Source of the DNA: Dehalococcoidia bacterium
GTDB lineage: Bacteria > Chloroflexota > Dehalococcoidia > UBA2979
Length of the DNA stretch: 64,000 bases
Direction: 5' to 3'
Assembly (NCBI GenBank): GCA_965247895.1
Contig: OZ252046.1
Location: forward strand, 3,005,282 to 3,069,281
Part shown: positions 44,275 through 54,500 of the stretch, one piece after another
Layout: the number at the start of each line of letters is the position of its first letter
Numbering within the stretch: position 1 is the first letter of the stretch
Position numbers and translations under genes: made by a program
Notes under the pieces: model-generated
Seen by the model: only the letters and a program-made list of their open reading frames with translations
Database searches by the model: none
What the model was told of the DNA's origin: nothing

Positions 44275-47200
44275 TCACTGCCGTCTGTTGGGCCCTCGCC
44301 GGCGGCGAACCTGCAGGCCACTGGCGTAGCGCCGCCAGCGCCGCGTGCGGCGCGGGGAGGCGGCCCTGCGCGCGGGAGGCGGAGCTCTCAGCAGCTCGCG
44401 GGCGCGGTGGACGGCAGCGGCCGCGAGGGCGACCGCGGCGATCGCGAGGAGCACGATCCAGGCCGTGCGGTTCGCGTCCGCCGCATCGTCGAGCTGCCTG
44501 CGCAGTGACTCGACACTCGAGGGCGCCTCGCGCGTTGCGGGACCGACCACCTCGCGTGCCGCTGCCGATGTCGCGACCGGCCCGTCCGGCGCGACGGGCT
44601 CCGCCGTGGCGGACGCCTCGATGCGTCCGGGCGAGGGGTGCTCGGAGATGGTGGTCTCCGTCAGCCGGCCTGCGGCGTCGAAGCGGCGCTGCAGCGAGCG
44701 CCCGGGCGCAGGGGCGCTCAGCGGCGGCTGGTCCACGCTGTCGTCGCTGCCGTAGGACAGCGCGTCGATGATCGCGCCGTCGGCCGTGGCGAGCGCGACG
44801 CGGTCCCCGCTGTTGCCGAGGCCGTTGAACAGCCCGCGGCCGTGGCGCATGGCGATCGCGTCGCCGATCTCCGCCTGCGGTCCCGCGACGACGAGCGCGC
44901 CGGCGGGTGGCAGCGTGAGGGCAGGCAGCGCGATCCGCCCGTGGTTGTCGGCGAGGAACAGCCCGTCGAGCGAGATCGCGGCTACACCGACGTTGCTCAC
45001 CTCGATCCACTCGTATTCGGCGTCGGCGCCGCTCTCCGGCGGGTCGGGCAGCAGTTCCGTAATGCGCAGCAGGATCGCCGAGGCGCTACGGACGTCGTAG
45101 GGCTCCAGCGTTGCGGTCGCGACCGCGACCGCAGCCGCTGCTTCTGGCGAGGGTGTTGCCCCGGGCGTGGGGGAAGGCGCTTCGGAGGTCGCCTCAACCG
45201 GCGCGGGCGTCGCGGCGGGCTGCGGCGCGGCGGCCGAGGCGAAGGACACGTCGTCGGCGCGCAGGACCGCGGGCGCCTCGCCGGCGGGGCGCAGCATGAT
45301 CCGCAGCTGTGCGCTGCGGGCGTCGTCGGGTGCGCGGATCACCCCGCTGGAGACGCTGGCGAAGGCGTCGGCGACACCAACGAGCTCCTCGGAGTCGGCG
45401 GTGGAGAGCTGAGCCCCGCTCGCGTCGACCGAGGCGTACCAGGCGACGCGGATGCGGGCGAGGTCCGCGTTGGAGCCGGGCCAGAGCCGCCCGTGCGCCT
45501 CGTACCAGCGGCCGCCCTCGACGGCGAAGGACTGGTGCAGCCAGGCGGTCGAGCCGCCCGCCGAGGTGAGCGCGATGGCCCGTGAGCCGCCCTCGGTCGT
45601 GACGAGGGCGGATCCGGCGTGGGCGCGCCAGCCGTAGGGCGTGTCGCCGGGGAGCTCGAAGTCGCCGTTGGTCAGGGACGCGAAGAACGAAGGCGCCGCC
45701 TCGGGAGTCGGCGAGGGCGCGACGGCCGGCGCCTCCGCCGGGGCGGGCGGCGGCGCGGTACGCGCGAAGGCGATCTCATCGGCGTGCAGAAGCGCCGGGG
45801 CCTCGCCCGCGGGTTGCAGCATGATCCGCAGTTCCGCACTGCGGGCGTCCTCTGGCGCGCGGATCGCGCCCGTGGTGACGGAGGCGAAGCCGTCGCTGAC
45901 GCCGCTGAGCTCGTCGGAGTCCGTCGTGGAGAGCTGCGCTCCGCTCGTGTCCTCCGAGGCGTACCAGGCGATCCGGATGCGAGCGAGGCCCGCGTTGAGG
46001 CCGGCCCGGAGCCGCCCGCCGGCCTCGTACCAGCGGCCACCCTCGACGGCGAACGACTGGTGCAGCCAGGCCGTCGCGCGGCCTCCGGAGACGAGAGCGG
46101 CAGCCCGCGAGCCGCCCTCCGTCGCGACGAGAGCGGCGCCGGCGTGGGCGCGCCAGCCGTAGGGCGCCTCGCCGGGAAGCTCGAAGTCGCCGTTGGTGAG
46201 CGCGGCGAAGAAGGTTGGCGCCGCCTCGGGCGCGGCCGAGGGCGCGCCTGGAGTCTGGAGCGGTGTCGTGGGCGCTGGCGGCGGGGCTGTGCGCGCGAAC
46301 GACACGTCGTCGGCGTGGAGGACGGCGGGAGCCTCACCCGCCGGGCGCAGCATGATCCGCAGCTGCGCGCTGCGGGCGTCGTCCGGGGCCCGGATCCTGC
46401 CGGTCGAGACGGCAGCGAGGAGATCGCTGCTGCCGCTGAGTTCGTCGGAGTCCGCAGTCGCGAGCTGGGGCCCGCTTCCGTCCTCCGAGGCGTACCAGGC
46501 GACGCGAATGCGCGCGAGGCCTGCAGTGGAGCCCGGCCGGAGCCGCCCGGCAGCCTCGTACCAGCGGCCGCCCTCGACGGCGAACGACTGGTGCAACCAG
46601 GCGGTTGCGCTGCCCTGCGAGGTGAGCGCGAGAAGCCGCGAGCCGCCCTCGGGCGTGACGAGGGCGTGCCCGGCATGGGCGCGCCAGCCGTAGGGCGTGT
46701 CGCCGGGCAGTTCGAAGTCGCCGTTGGTCAGCGAGGCGAAGAAGGAACGCGCCGCCTCGGGTGTGGGCGAAGGCGCCTCCGACGCTGTGTCCGTTGCCGC
46801 CGCGGGAATCGGAGCGGTGCGCGCGAAGGACAGATCGTCCGCGTGGAGCAGCGCGGAAGCCCCGCTCGCAGGACGCAACATGATGCGCAGCTGCGCGCTC
46901 CGTGCGCCGTCCGGCGCGCGGATCCTGCCGGTTGAGACGGCCAGGAACGAGTCGCCGGCGCCGGTCAGTTCCTCGGAGTCGGCCGTGGACAGTTGAGCCC
47001 CGCTCGCGTCGACCGAGGCGTACCAGGCGACGCGGATGCGGGCGAGGTCCGCGTTCGAGCCCGGCCGCAGCCGCCCGGCAGCCTCGTACCAGCGGCCCCC
47101 CTCGACAGCGAAGGACTGGTACAGCCAGGCGGTCGAACCGCCCCGCGCGGTAAGTGCGAGAAGCCGCGAGCCGCCCTCGGACGTGACGAGGGCGTCCGCG

Positions 47201-48480
47201 GCGTGGGCGCGCCAGCCGTAGGGGGCATCGCCGGGGAGTTCGAAGTCGCCGTTGGCGAGAGACGGGAAGAACGAGGGCGCCGCCTCGCGGGTGGGCGAGG
47301 GCTGCGTGGTTGGCGCCCCGGGGGTCACGCGTGGTGGCGGCGGGGCGGTGCGGGCAAACGACACGTCATCGGCGTGCAGAAGCGCCGGGGCCTCGCCCGT
47401 GGGTTGCAGCATGATCCGCAGTTCCGCACTGCGGGCGTCGCCGGGCGCACGGATCGCGCCGGTGGAGAGGTCGGCGAAGGAGTCGCTGACGCCGTTCAGC
47501 TCCTCGGAGTCCGCGGTGGAGAGTTGAGCGCCACTCGAGTCTTCCGATGCGTACCAGGCCACGCGGATGCGAGCGAGCGAGGCGTTCGAGACCGTGCGAA
47601 GCCGCCCGCGTGCCTCGTACCACCTGCCGGCCTGCACCGCGAAGGACTGGTGCAGCCAGGCTGTCGCGCCGCCCTTCGAGGTGAGTGCGATCAATCGCGA
47701 GCCGTCCGCGGACGAGACGACGGCGTCGGCGGCATGGGTCCGCCAGCCCCAGGGCACCTTCCCGGGGAGCTCGAAGTCTCCGTTCATGAGCGAGGCGAAA
47801 AAGGTCGGGACGGACTCGTCAACGGGTGGCGGCTCCCCGATGGGCTTGGGAGGCGCAGTCGCGGTCGGCTCGGGAGGCGTGGTTGCGGGTGGCGCCGGGC
47901 TTGCCGTGAGCCGCACCGAATCCACGTAGAACGTCGCGCCCGGGCCGGTAGCGTCGGCGGTCACCCGGACGCGGGCATACGCGGTATCGGGCGGTGCGGC
48001 CGTGGGACCGATGTCGACGAGCTGCCAGCTCGCCGTCAGGCTCGCGCGCCGTTCCGCGACGAGGACTACGCCGTGGGACATATCGAGGAACTCAAGCTTC
48101 ACTCCCGTCTCGCTCACCTCGGAGTCTGGCGTGTCATCGGGATCGTCCGCGTCGGTGCGCAGCCAGACGTGCAGCGTGTGCTCGGCGCGGGCCTGAGCCG
48201 GGGCGAGCCAGTGCTGCGTCATCAAGAAGAACGCCCCCGCCTTGAGTGAGCTGACCTTTCCCGCGGCTGCTCCCATGTGAACGGCGTCGTGGACGACGCC
48301 GAGCGTCGCGCCGTCGGTGTCCCAGCCAAAGGTGTCTTGTTCGAAGTCGCCTTGTTCGAAGTCGCCATTGGGGAGCAGGTTCGGCGCGTCGCCCTGCGAT
48401 TGCGCGTGAACGCCGCTACCGGCGAGGGCGGCGAGCGCGTGCGCGCCGACGATCAGCGCAAGCAGTAGCGGAGGCCTCAA
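44275..48480 (-). CDS. Giant secreted protein: 6 CBM4/9-like jelly-roll modules, a lamin-tail domain (LTD) and a C-terminal TM anchor
   Basis: TTG 48480 gives a canonical signal peptide ([26 protein letters not shown]); the ORF limit is ATG 48567. The LTD reads [26 protein letters not shown]...[23 protein letters not shown]. The anchor reads [17 protein letters not shown]. Confidence 0.8.
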   Translation of the reverse strand: MRPPLLLALIVGAHALAALAGSGVHAQSQGDAPNLLPNGDFEQGDFEQDTFGWDTDGATLGVVHDAVHMGAAAGKVSSLKAGAFFLMTQHWLAPAQARAEHTLHVWLRTDADDPDDTPDSEVSETGVKLEFLDMSHGVVLVAERRASLTASWQLVDIGPTAAPPDTAYARVRVTADATGPGATFYVDSVRLTASPAPPATTPPEPTATAPPKPIGEPPPVDESVPTFFASLMNGDFELPGKVPWGWRTHAADAVVSSADGSRLIALTSKGGATAWLHQSFAVQAGRWYEARGRLRTVSNASLARIRVAWYASEDSSGAQLSTADSEELNGVSDSFADLSTGAIRAPGDARSAELRIMLQPTGEAPALLHADDVSFARTAPPPPRVTPGAPTTQPSPTREAAPSFFPSLANGDFELPGDAPYGWRAHAADALVTSEGGSRLLALTARGGSTAWLYQSFAVEGGRWYEAAGRLRPGSNADLARIRVAWYASVDASGAQLSTADSEELTGAGDSFLAVSTGRIRAPDGARSAQLRIMLRPASGASALLHADDLSFARTAPIPAAATDTASEAPSPTPEAARSFFASLTNGDFELPGDTPYGWRAHAGHALVTPEGGSRLLALTSQGSATAWLHQSFAVEGGRWYEAAGRLRPGSTAGLARIRVAWYASEDGSGPQLATADSDELSGSSDLLAAVSTGRIRAPDDARSAQLRIMLRPAGEAPAVLHADDVSFARTAPPPAPTTPLQTPGAPSAAPEAAPTFFAALTNGDFELPGEAPYGWRAHAGAALVATEGGSRAAALVSGGRATAWLHQSFAVEGGRWYEAGGRLRAGLNAGLARIRIAWYASEDTSGAQLSTTDSDELSGVSDGFASVTTGAIRAPEDARSAELRIMLQPAGEAPALLHADEIAFARTAPPPAPAEAPAVAPSPTPEAAPSFFASLTNGDFELPGDTPYGWRAHAGSALVTTEGGSRAIALTSAGGSTAWLHQSFAVEGGRWYEAHGRLWPGSNADLARIRVAWYASVDASGAQLSTADSEELVGVADAFASVSSGVIRAPDDARSAQLRIMLRPAGEAPAVLRADDVSFASAAAPQPAATPAPVEATSEAPSPTPGATPSPEAAAAVAVATATLEPYDVRSASAILLRITELLPDPPESGADAEYEWIEVSNVGVAAISLDGLFLADNHGRIALPALTLPPAGALVVAGPQAEIGDAIAMRHGRGLFNGLGNSGDRVALATADGAIIDALSYGSDDSVDQPPLSAPAPGRSLQRRFDAAGRLTETTISEHPSPGRIEASATAEPVAPDGPVATSAAAREVVGPATREAPSSVESLRRQLDDAADANRTAWIVLLAIAAVALAAAAVHRARELLRAPPPARRAASPRRTRRWRRYASGLQVRRRRGPNRRQ
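45230..47815. repeat. Five in-frame tandem repeats of about 528 bp (~176 aa) inside the CBM/LTD gene
   Basis: The anchor motif FF(A/P)[11 protein letters not shown](Y/W)GWR(A/T)HA recurs at about 45670, 46200, 46730, 47260 and 47790. Confidence 0.85.
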
Positions 48481-48586
48481 CAGACTGTCCCCTGCCCGGG
48501 CGATGGCGGGGAAGCTGCTCCCTGCTCCACGGTGCCCGGTGCAGGATGGGTAGCATATATTGGCCACTTCGCCAACTATTGCCCGG

Positions 48587-51500
48587 ATGTCTACTTTTCA
48601 GCGTGCGGGATTCTGGAGCGTCCCGGCCGCCGCGGCGATCGTTGCCCTGGCCGTGCTGGCGGTCGGCGCTCCCGTCGCCCAGGCGGGCGACTCGTCGCCG
48701 CACGAGCCTCGGACCGAGGTCGTGCTCCCGCGGGGCTCCATCGCTCATCACCCGCTCGGGACTTCCGATGACCAACCGGCGCAGGTGACGCCGACGCCGG
48801 ATGACGAGATCCCGGACGTGGCCCTCACCCTCGGCGGCGCCTCTCACGCCGTGGATGTCGCCGGCTACTTCACCGACAGCGTCAATGGCTACTCGGTATC
48901 CGCATCTCCGGGCGACATCGTCCACACCTCGAGGTCGGGAACGGTGATCACGATCGTGGCGCTCAAGATCGGTTCCACGACCGTCACCGTGACCGGCAGG
49001 AGACTGAGCGGCCGCGAGCGGAAGCGATTCACCGTCACCGTCTTGGCGATGGTCTCCGCGCCCACGGCGACCGGGAGCATCGATGGCGTCACGCTGACCG
49101 AGGGGGCGACCCACGACGAGGACGCCTCGGACCATTTCGCTGGCGAGGGCGTCACGTACGGGGCGGAGTCCTCGGACGCCGGGGTCGCCTCGGTGGAGGT
49201 AAGCGGTGCGGCGGTCACGGTGACGGCGGTCGCCGCCGGCAGCGCGACGGTCACGGTGACGGCGGCGAACGCAGGCGGGAGCGCGGAGCAGTCGTTCGCC
49301 GTCACGGTGCTGCCGCCAGCGCCGGCGGCCGTCGACAGCATCGAGGCGGCGACGCTCACCGAGGGCGCAACGCACGCTGTCACCGCCTCGGACTACTTCG
49401 AGGGGGAGGGCGTCACGTACACGGCTGAGTCCTCGGATATGGAGTTCGCGACAGTCGCGGTCAGTGGAGTGACTGTCACGGTGACGGCGGTCGCCGCTGG
49501 CAGCGCGATGGTGACGGTAACGGCGACAAACACCGCCGGCAGCGCGGAGCAGTCCTTCGCCGTCACGGTGCTGCCGCCCGCTCCCACGGCGGTCGGGAGC
49601 ATCGAGGCGGCGACGATCAGCGAGGGCGAGACGCACGAAGTGACCGCCTCGGACTACTTCAGCGGAGAGGGCGTCACCTACGGGGCGGGGTCCTCGGACG
49701 CCGGGGTGGCGACGGTGGAGGTCGCGGGACTGGCGGTGACGGTGACGGCGATCGAGGTCGGTGGCGCGACGGTGACGGTGACGGCGACGAACACCGCCGG
49801 GAGCGCGGAGCAGTCCTTCGCCGTCACGGTGCTGCCGCCCGCTCCCACGGCGACCGGCAGCATCGAGGCGGCGACGATCAGCGAGGGCGAGACGCACGAA
49901 GTCATCGCCTCGGACTATTTCGAGGGGGAGGGCGTCACGTACACGGCGGAGTCCTCGGACAGCGAGGTGGCGACGGTGGAGGTGAACGGCGCGGCGGTCA
50001 CGGTGACGGCAGTCGCCGCAGGCAACGCGACGGTGACGGTGACGGCGACGAACTCCGGCGGGAGCGCGGAGCAGTCCTTCGCGGTCACGGTGCTGCCGCC
50101 CGCGCCGGCCACCGTCGGCAGCATCGAGGCGGCGACGATCACCGAGGGCGATACGCACGAAGTGGTCGCCTCGGGGTACTTCGCCGGCGAGGGGGTCGCG
50201 TACGCGGCGGAGTCCTCGGACATCGGGGTCGCGATGGTCGAGGTCGCGGGACTGGCGGTCACGGTGACGGCGGTCGCCGCCGGGAGCGCGACGGTGACGG
50301 TGACGGCGACAAACACCGGCGGGAGCGCGGAGCAGAGCTTCGCCGTCACGGTCCAACTCCCACCGGTCACACTGACCCTGGGTGGCGCCGCGCAGGTGAT
50401 CGAGCTTTCGGGTCACTTCGGTAGCGGCGTCACCGGCTATGACGTATCGGTCTCAGCGGCGGGCGTTGTCGACGCCTCGATATCCGGATCGCAGCTGACG
50501 CTCACGGCGCTTGCCGTCGGAGCCGCCACGGTCACGGTGGGAGTGACGAGCGCAGGCGAGCGCGCGGAGCACCAGTTCGCGGTGAGTGTGACGCCGCCGC
50601 CGCCGACGACAGCTGGCAGCATCTCCGCGCTCACGCTGTCCGAGCGCGAGGCGCACACGCTCACCGCCTCGGACTACTTCGCCGGCGAGGGCGTCACGTA
50701 CGCAGCGGAGTCGTCGGACACCGGGGTGGCGACTGTGGTGGTGGACGGCGCGGTGGTCACGGTGACTGCGGTCGCGGTCGGCGAGGCCGCGGTCACAATC
50801 ACGGCGACGAACGCGGGCGGCGAGGCCGAGCAGCGCTTCGCTGTCTCGGTCCAACTGCCGGTTGTCACCCTGGTGAAGGGCGGCGCGGCAAAGCAGATCG
50901 AGCTTGCGAACTACTTCGGTCAAGAGGTCACCGCCTACGAGGTGGCGGTGTCTCCGAATGGCATCGTCCACGTCTCCAGGTCCGGCTCGCAGCTGACGCT
51001 GACCGGCGCCGAGGTCGGCAACGCGACGGTGACGGTAACGGCGACGAGCGCGGGCGGGAGCGCGGAGCAGTCGTTCGCCGTGACGGTGCTGCCGCCCGCG
51101 CCGGCCACGGTCGGCAGCATCGAGGCGGCGACGATCAGCGAGGGCGAGACGCACGAAGTGGTCGCCTCGGACTACTTCGCCGGCGAGGGGATCACCAACG
51201 CGGCGGAGTCCTCGGACATCGGGGTTGCGACCGTCGAGGTGAACGGCGCTGCGGTCACGCTGACGGCGGTCGCTGTCGGCAGCGCGACGGTGACCGTGGT
51301 GGCAACGAACGCGGGCGGGAGCGCGGAGCAGTCGTTCGCCGTCACGGTGCTGCCGCCAGCGCCGGCGGCAGTCGGCAGCATCGAGGCGACGACGATCACC
51401 GAGGGCGGGACGCACGGAGTGACCGCCTCGGACTACTTCGCCGGCGAGGGGGTCGCGTACGCAGCGGAGTCCTCGGACATCGGGGTCGCGACCGTCGAGG

Positions 51501-54500
51501 TGGACGGCGCGGCGGTCACGGTGACGGCGGTCTCCGCCGGCAGCGCGACGGTGACCGTGGTGGCGACAAACGCCGGAGGCAGCGCCGAGCAGAGCTTCGC
51601 CGTCACGGTGCTGCCGCCAGCGCCGACGGCAGTCGGCAGCATTGAGGCGGCGACGCTCACCGAGGGCGATACGCACTTGGTGACCGCCTCGGACTACTTC
51701 GAGGGCGAGGGGGTGGCGTACGGGGCGGAGTCTTCGGACGCCGGGGTCGCCTCGGTGGAGGTAAGCGGCGCGGCGGTGACGGTGACGGCAGTCGCCGCCG
51801 GCAGCGCAATGGTGACGGTGACGGCGACGAACTCGGGCGGGAGCGCCGAGCAGTCGTTCGCCGTCACAGTGCTGCCGCCAGCGCCGACGGCAGTCGGCAG
51901 CATCGAGGCGGCGACGATCAGCGAGGGCGGGACGCACCTCGTGACCGCCCCGGACTACTTCGAGGGCGAGGGGGTGGCGTACGGGGCGGAGTCTTCGGAC
52001 GCCGGGGTCGCCTCGGTGGAGGTGAACGGCGAGGCAGTGACGGTGACGGCGGTCGCCGCCGGCAGCGCGACGGTCACGGTGACGGCGACAAACACCGGAG
52101 GCAGCGCCGAGCAGTCCTTCGCCGTGACGGTGCTGCCGCCAGCACCGGCCGCGGTCGGCAGCATCGAGGCGGCGACGCTCAGCAGGGGCGCGACCCACGA
52201 AGTCATCGCCTCGGACTACTTCGCAGGTGACGGGCTGATGTACGCGGCGGCGTCCTCGGACAGCGAGGTGGCGACGGTCGCCGTGGATGGCGCGGCACTC
52301 ACGGCGACGGCAGTCGCCGCCGGCAGTGCGACGGTGACGGTGACGGCGACGAACGTGGGCGGGAGCGCGGAGCAGGCGTTCGCCGTGACGGTGCTGCCGC
52401 CCGCGCCGGCCACGGTCGGCAGCATCGAGGCGGCGACGATCACCGAGGGCGGGACGCACGAAGTGACCGCCTCGGATTACTTCGAGGGGGAGGGGGTCGC
52501 GTACGCGGCGGAGTCCTCGGACGCGGCGGTCGCCTCGGTGGACGTGGACGTGGACGGGGCGGTGGTGACGGTGACGGCCGTCGCCGTCGGCAGTGCGACG
52601 GTGACGGTGACGGCGACGAATGCGGGCGGGAGCGCGGAGCAGTCCTTCGCCGTCACGGTGCTGCCGCCTGCGCCGGTGACAGTCGGGAGCATCGAGGTGG
52701 CGGCGATCACCGAGGGCGAGACGCACGAAGTCATCGCCTCGGACTATTTCGAGGGCGAGGGGGCCACGTATGCGGCGGAGTCCTCGGACACCGGGGTCGC
52801 GACCGTCGAGGTGGACGGCGCGGCGGTCACCGTGACGGCAGTCGCCGTCGGCAGTGCGACGGTGACGGTGACGGCGACGAACTCCGGCGGCAGCGCCGAG
52901 CAGGCCTTCGCCGTCACGGTGCTGCCGCCAGCGCCGGCCACGGTCGGCAGCATCGAGGCGGCGGCGATCACCGAGGGCGGGTCGCACGAGGTCATCGCCT
53001 CGGACTACTTCGAGGGGGAGGGGGTCGCGTACGCGGCGGAGTCCTCGGACGCCGGGGTCGCCTCGGTGGCGGTAAGCGGCGCGGCAGTGACGGTGACGGC
53101 GGTCGCCGCAGGCAGCGCGACGGTGACGGTGACGGCGGCGAACTCGGGCGGGAGCGCGGAGCAGTCCTTCGCCGTCACGGTGCTGCCGCCCGTGCCGGTG
53201 ACGGTCGGCAGCACGCTGTCCCTGACGCTCACCGAGGGCGGCGACGCGCACGAGATCGATCTGGCGCACTCCTTCAGCGGCTCGGTCGAGCGCTACGGCG
53301 TCGCAGCAACTCCCGGCGGCATCGTGCACCTCTGGGAGTCCGGTGGGCGGCTGACGCTCACTCCGCTGGCCGCCGGCAGCGCGATGGTGACGGTGACGGC
53401 GACGAACGCGGGCGGGAGCATCGAGAGCATCTTCTCCGTCACCGTGAAGTCGCGTTCACCGCGTGCGTTGGGCGTGATCCCGCTTACGAGGATCATCGAG
53501 GGCGACATCCACCTCGTGGAGGCGGCGGCCCACTTCGACGCCGAGGGCGCGACGTACACGGCGCAGTCCTCGGACGCCGGGGTGGCCACGGTCGAGGTGT
53601 ACGGCGATGTCGTCGCGGTCACGGCGGTTGGCGCCGGATTCGCCAGGATCACGTTGACCGCGACGGACGGGATCCGAAGCGCTCAGCAAGACATCCTGGT
53701 GATCGTGCTGCCTCGTGCACCAAAGGTGCTGGGCAGCGTTGCCGACGTGGCGCTGGCCGAGGGCGAGACCGCGCCTGAGATCAGACTCGCGGACTACCTC
53801 GACGGGAAACTCGTGAGCTACCAGGTCACGGCGGTCCCGGGCGGCGTCGTGCACGTCTGGGAGTCAGGCGGGCGGTTGAGGCTGACCGCGCTCGCGGCGG
53901 GCACGGCGACCGTCACGGTGCGCGCGGTGAACGGCAGTGGCAGCGCCGGGCTCAGCTTCGAGGTCACCGTGAGGCCGCAAGCGCCGAATGCGCTGGCCGG
54001 CAGCCAGGCGGTGACACTGACCGTGGGGGCCGAGGCGGAGGAGATCGAACTCGCAGACCACTTCAGCGGCATGGTCGCGCGCTACGAGGTCCAGGCGGTC
54101 CCGGGCGGCGTCGTGCACCTCTGGGAGTCGGGCGGACGGCTGGCGCTGACGCCGCTGTCACCCGGCGTCGCGAGGGTGACGGTGACGGCGGCGAACGGGA
54201 GCGGCAGTGCCGGGCAGGACATCCTCGTCACCGTCGCGCCGGCCGCGCCGGTGGTGCTCGGCGCCATCCCGGACGCGGCCCTGATCGAGGGCGGCGCGGA
54301 GCACGAGGTCGCACTCGCGGACTACTTCAGCGGCGTGATCGCGCGCTACGAGGCAGTGGCCGTTCCAGATGACGTCGTCCACGTCTGGGAGTCGGGCGGT
54401 CTGCTCCGCCTCGTGCCCCTGGGCGCGGGTGTCGCCACGGTGACCGCGACGGCGGCGAACGTCAGCGGCAGCGCCGAGCAGGTCTTCGCCGTCGCGGTCG

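Noticed and set aside
48481-48567. The ATG at 48567 as the start of the CBM/LTD protein.
   Set aside because: It would place about 30 non-hydrophobic residues before the signal peptide. It would also overlap the divergent gene's upstream region. TTG 48480 gives a canonical signal peptide.
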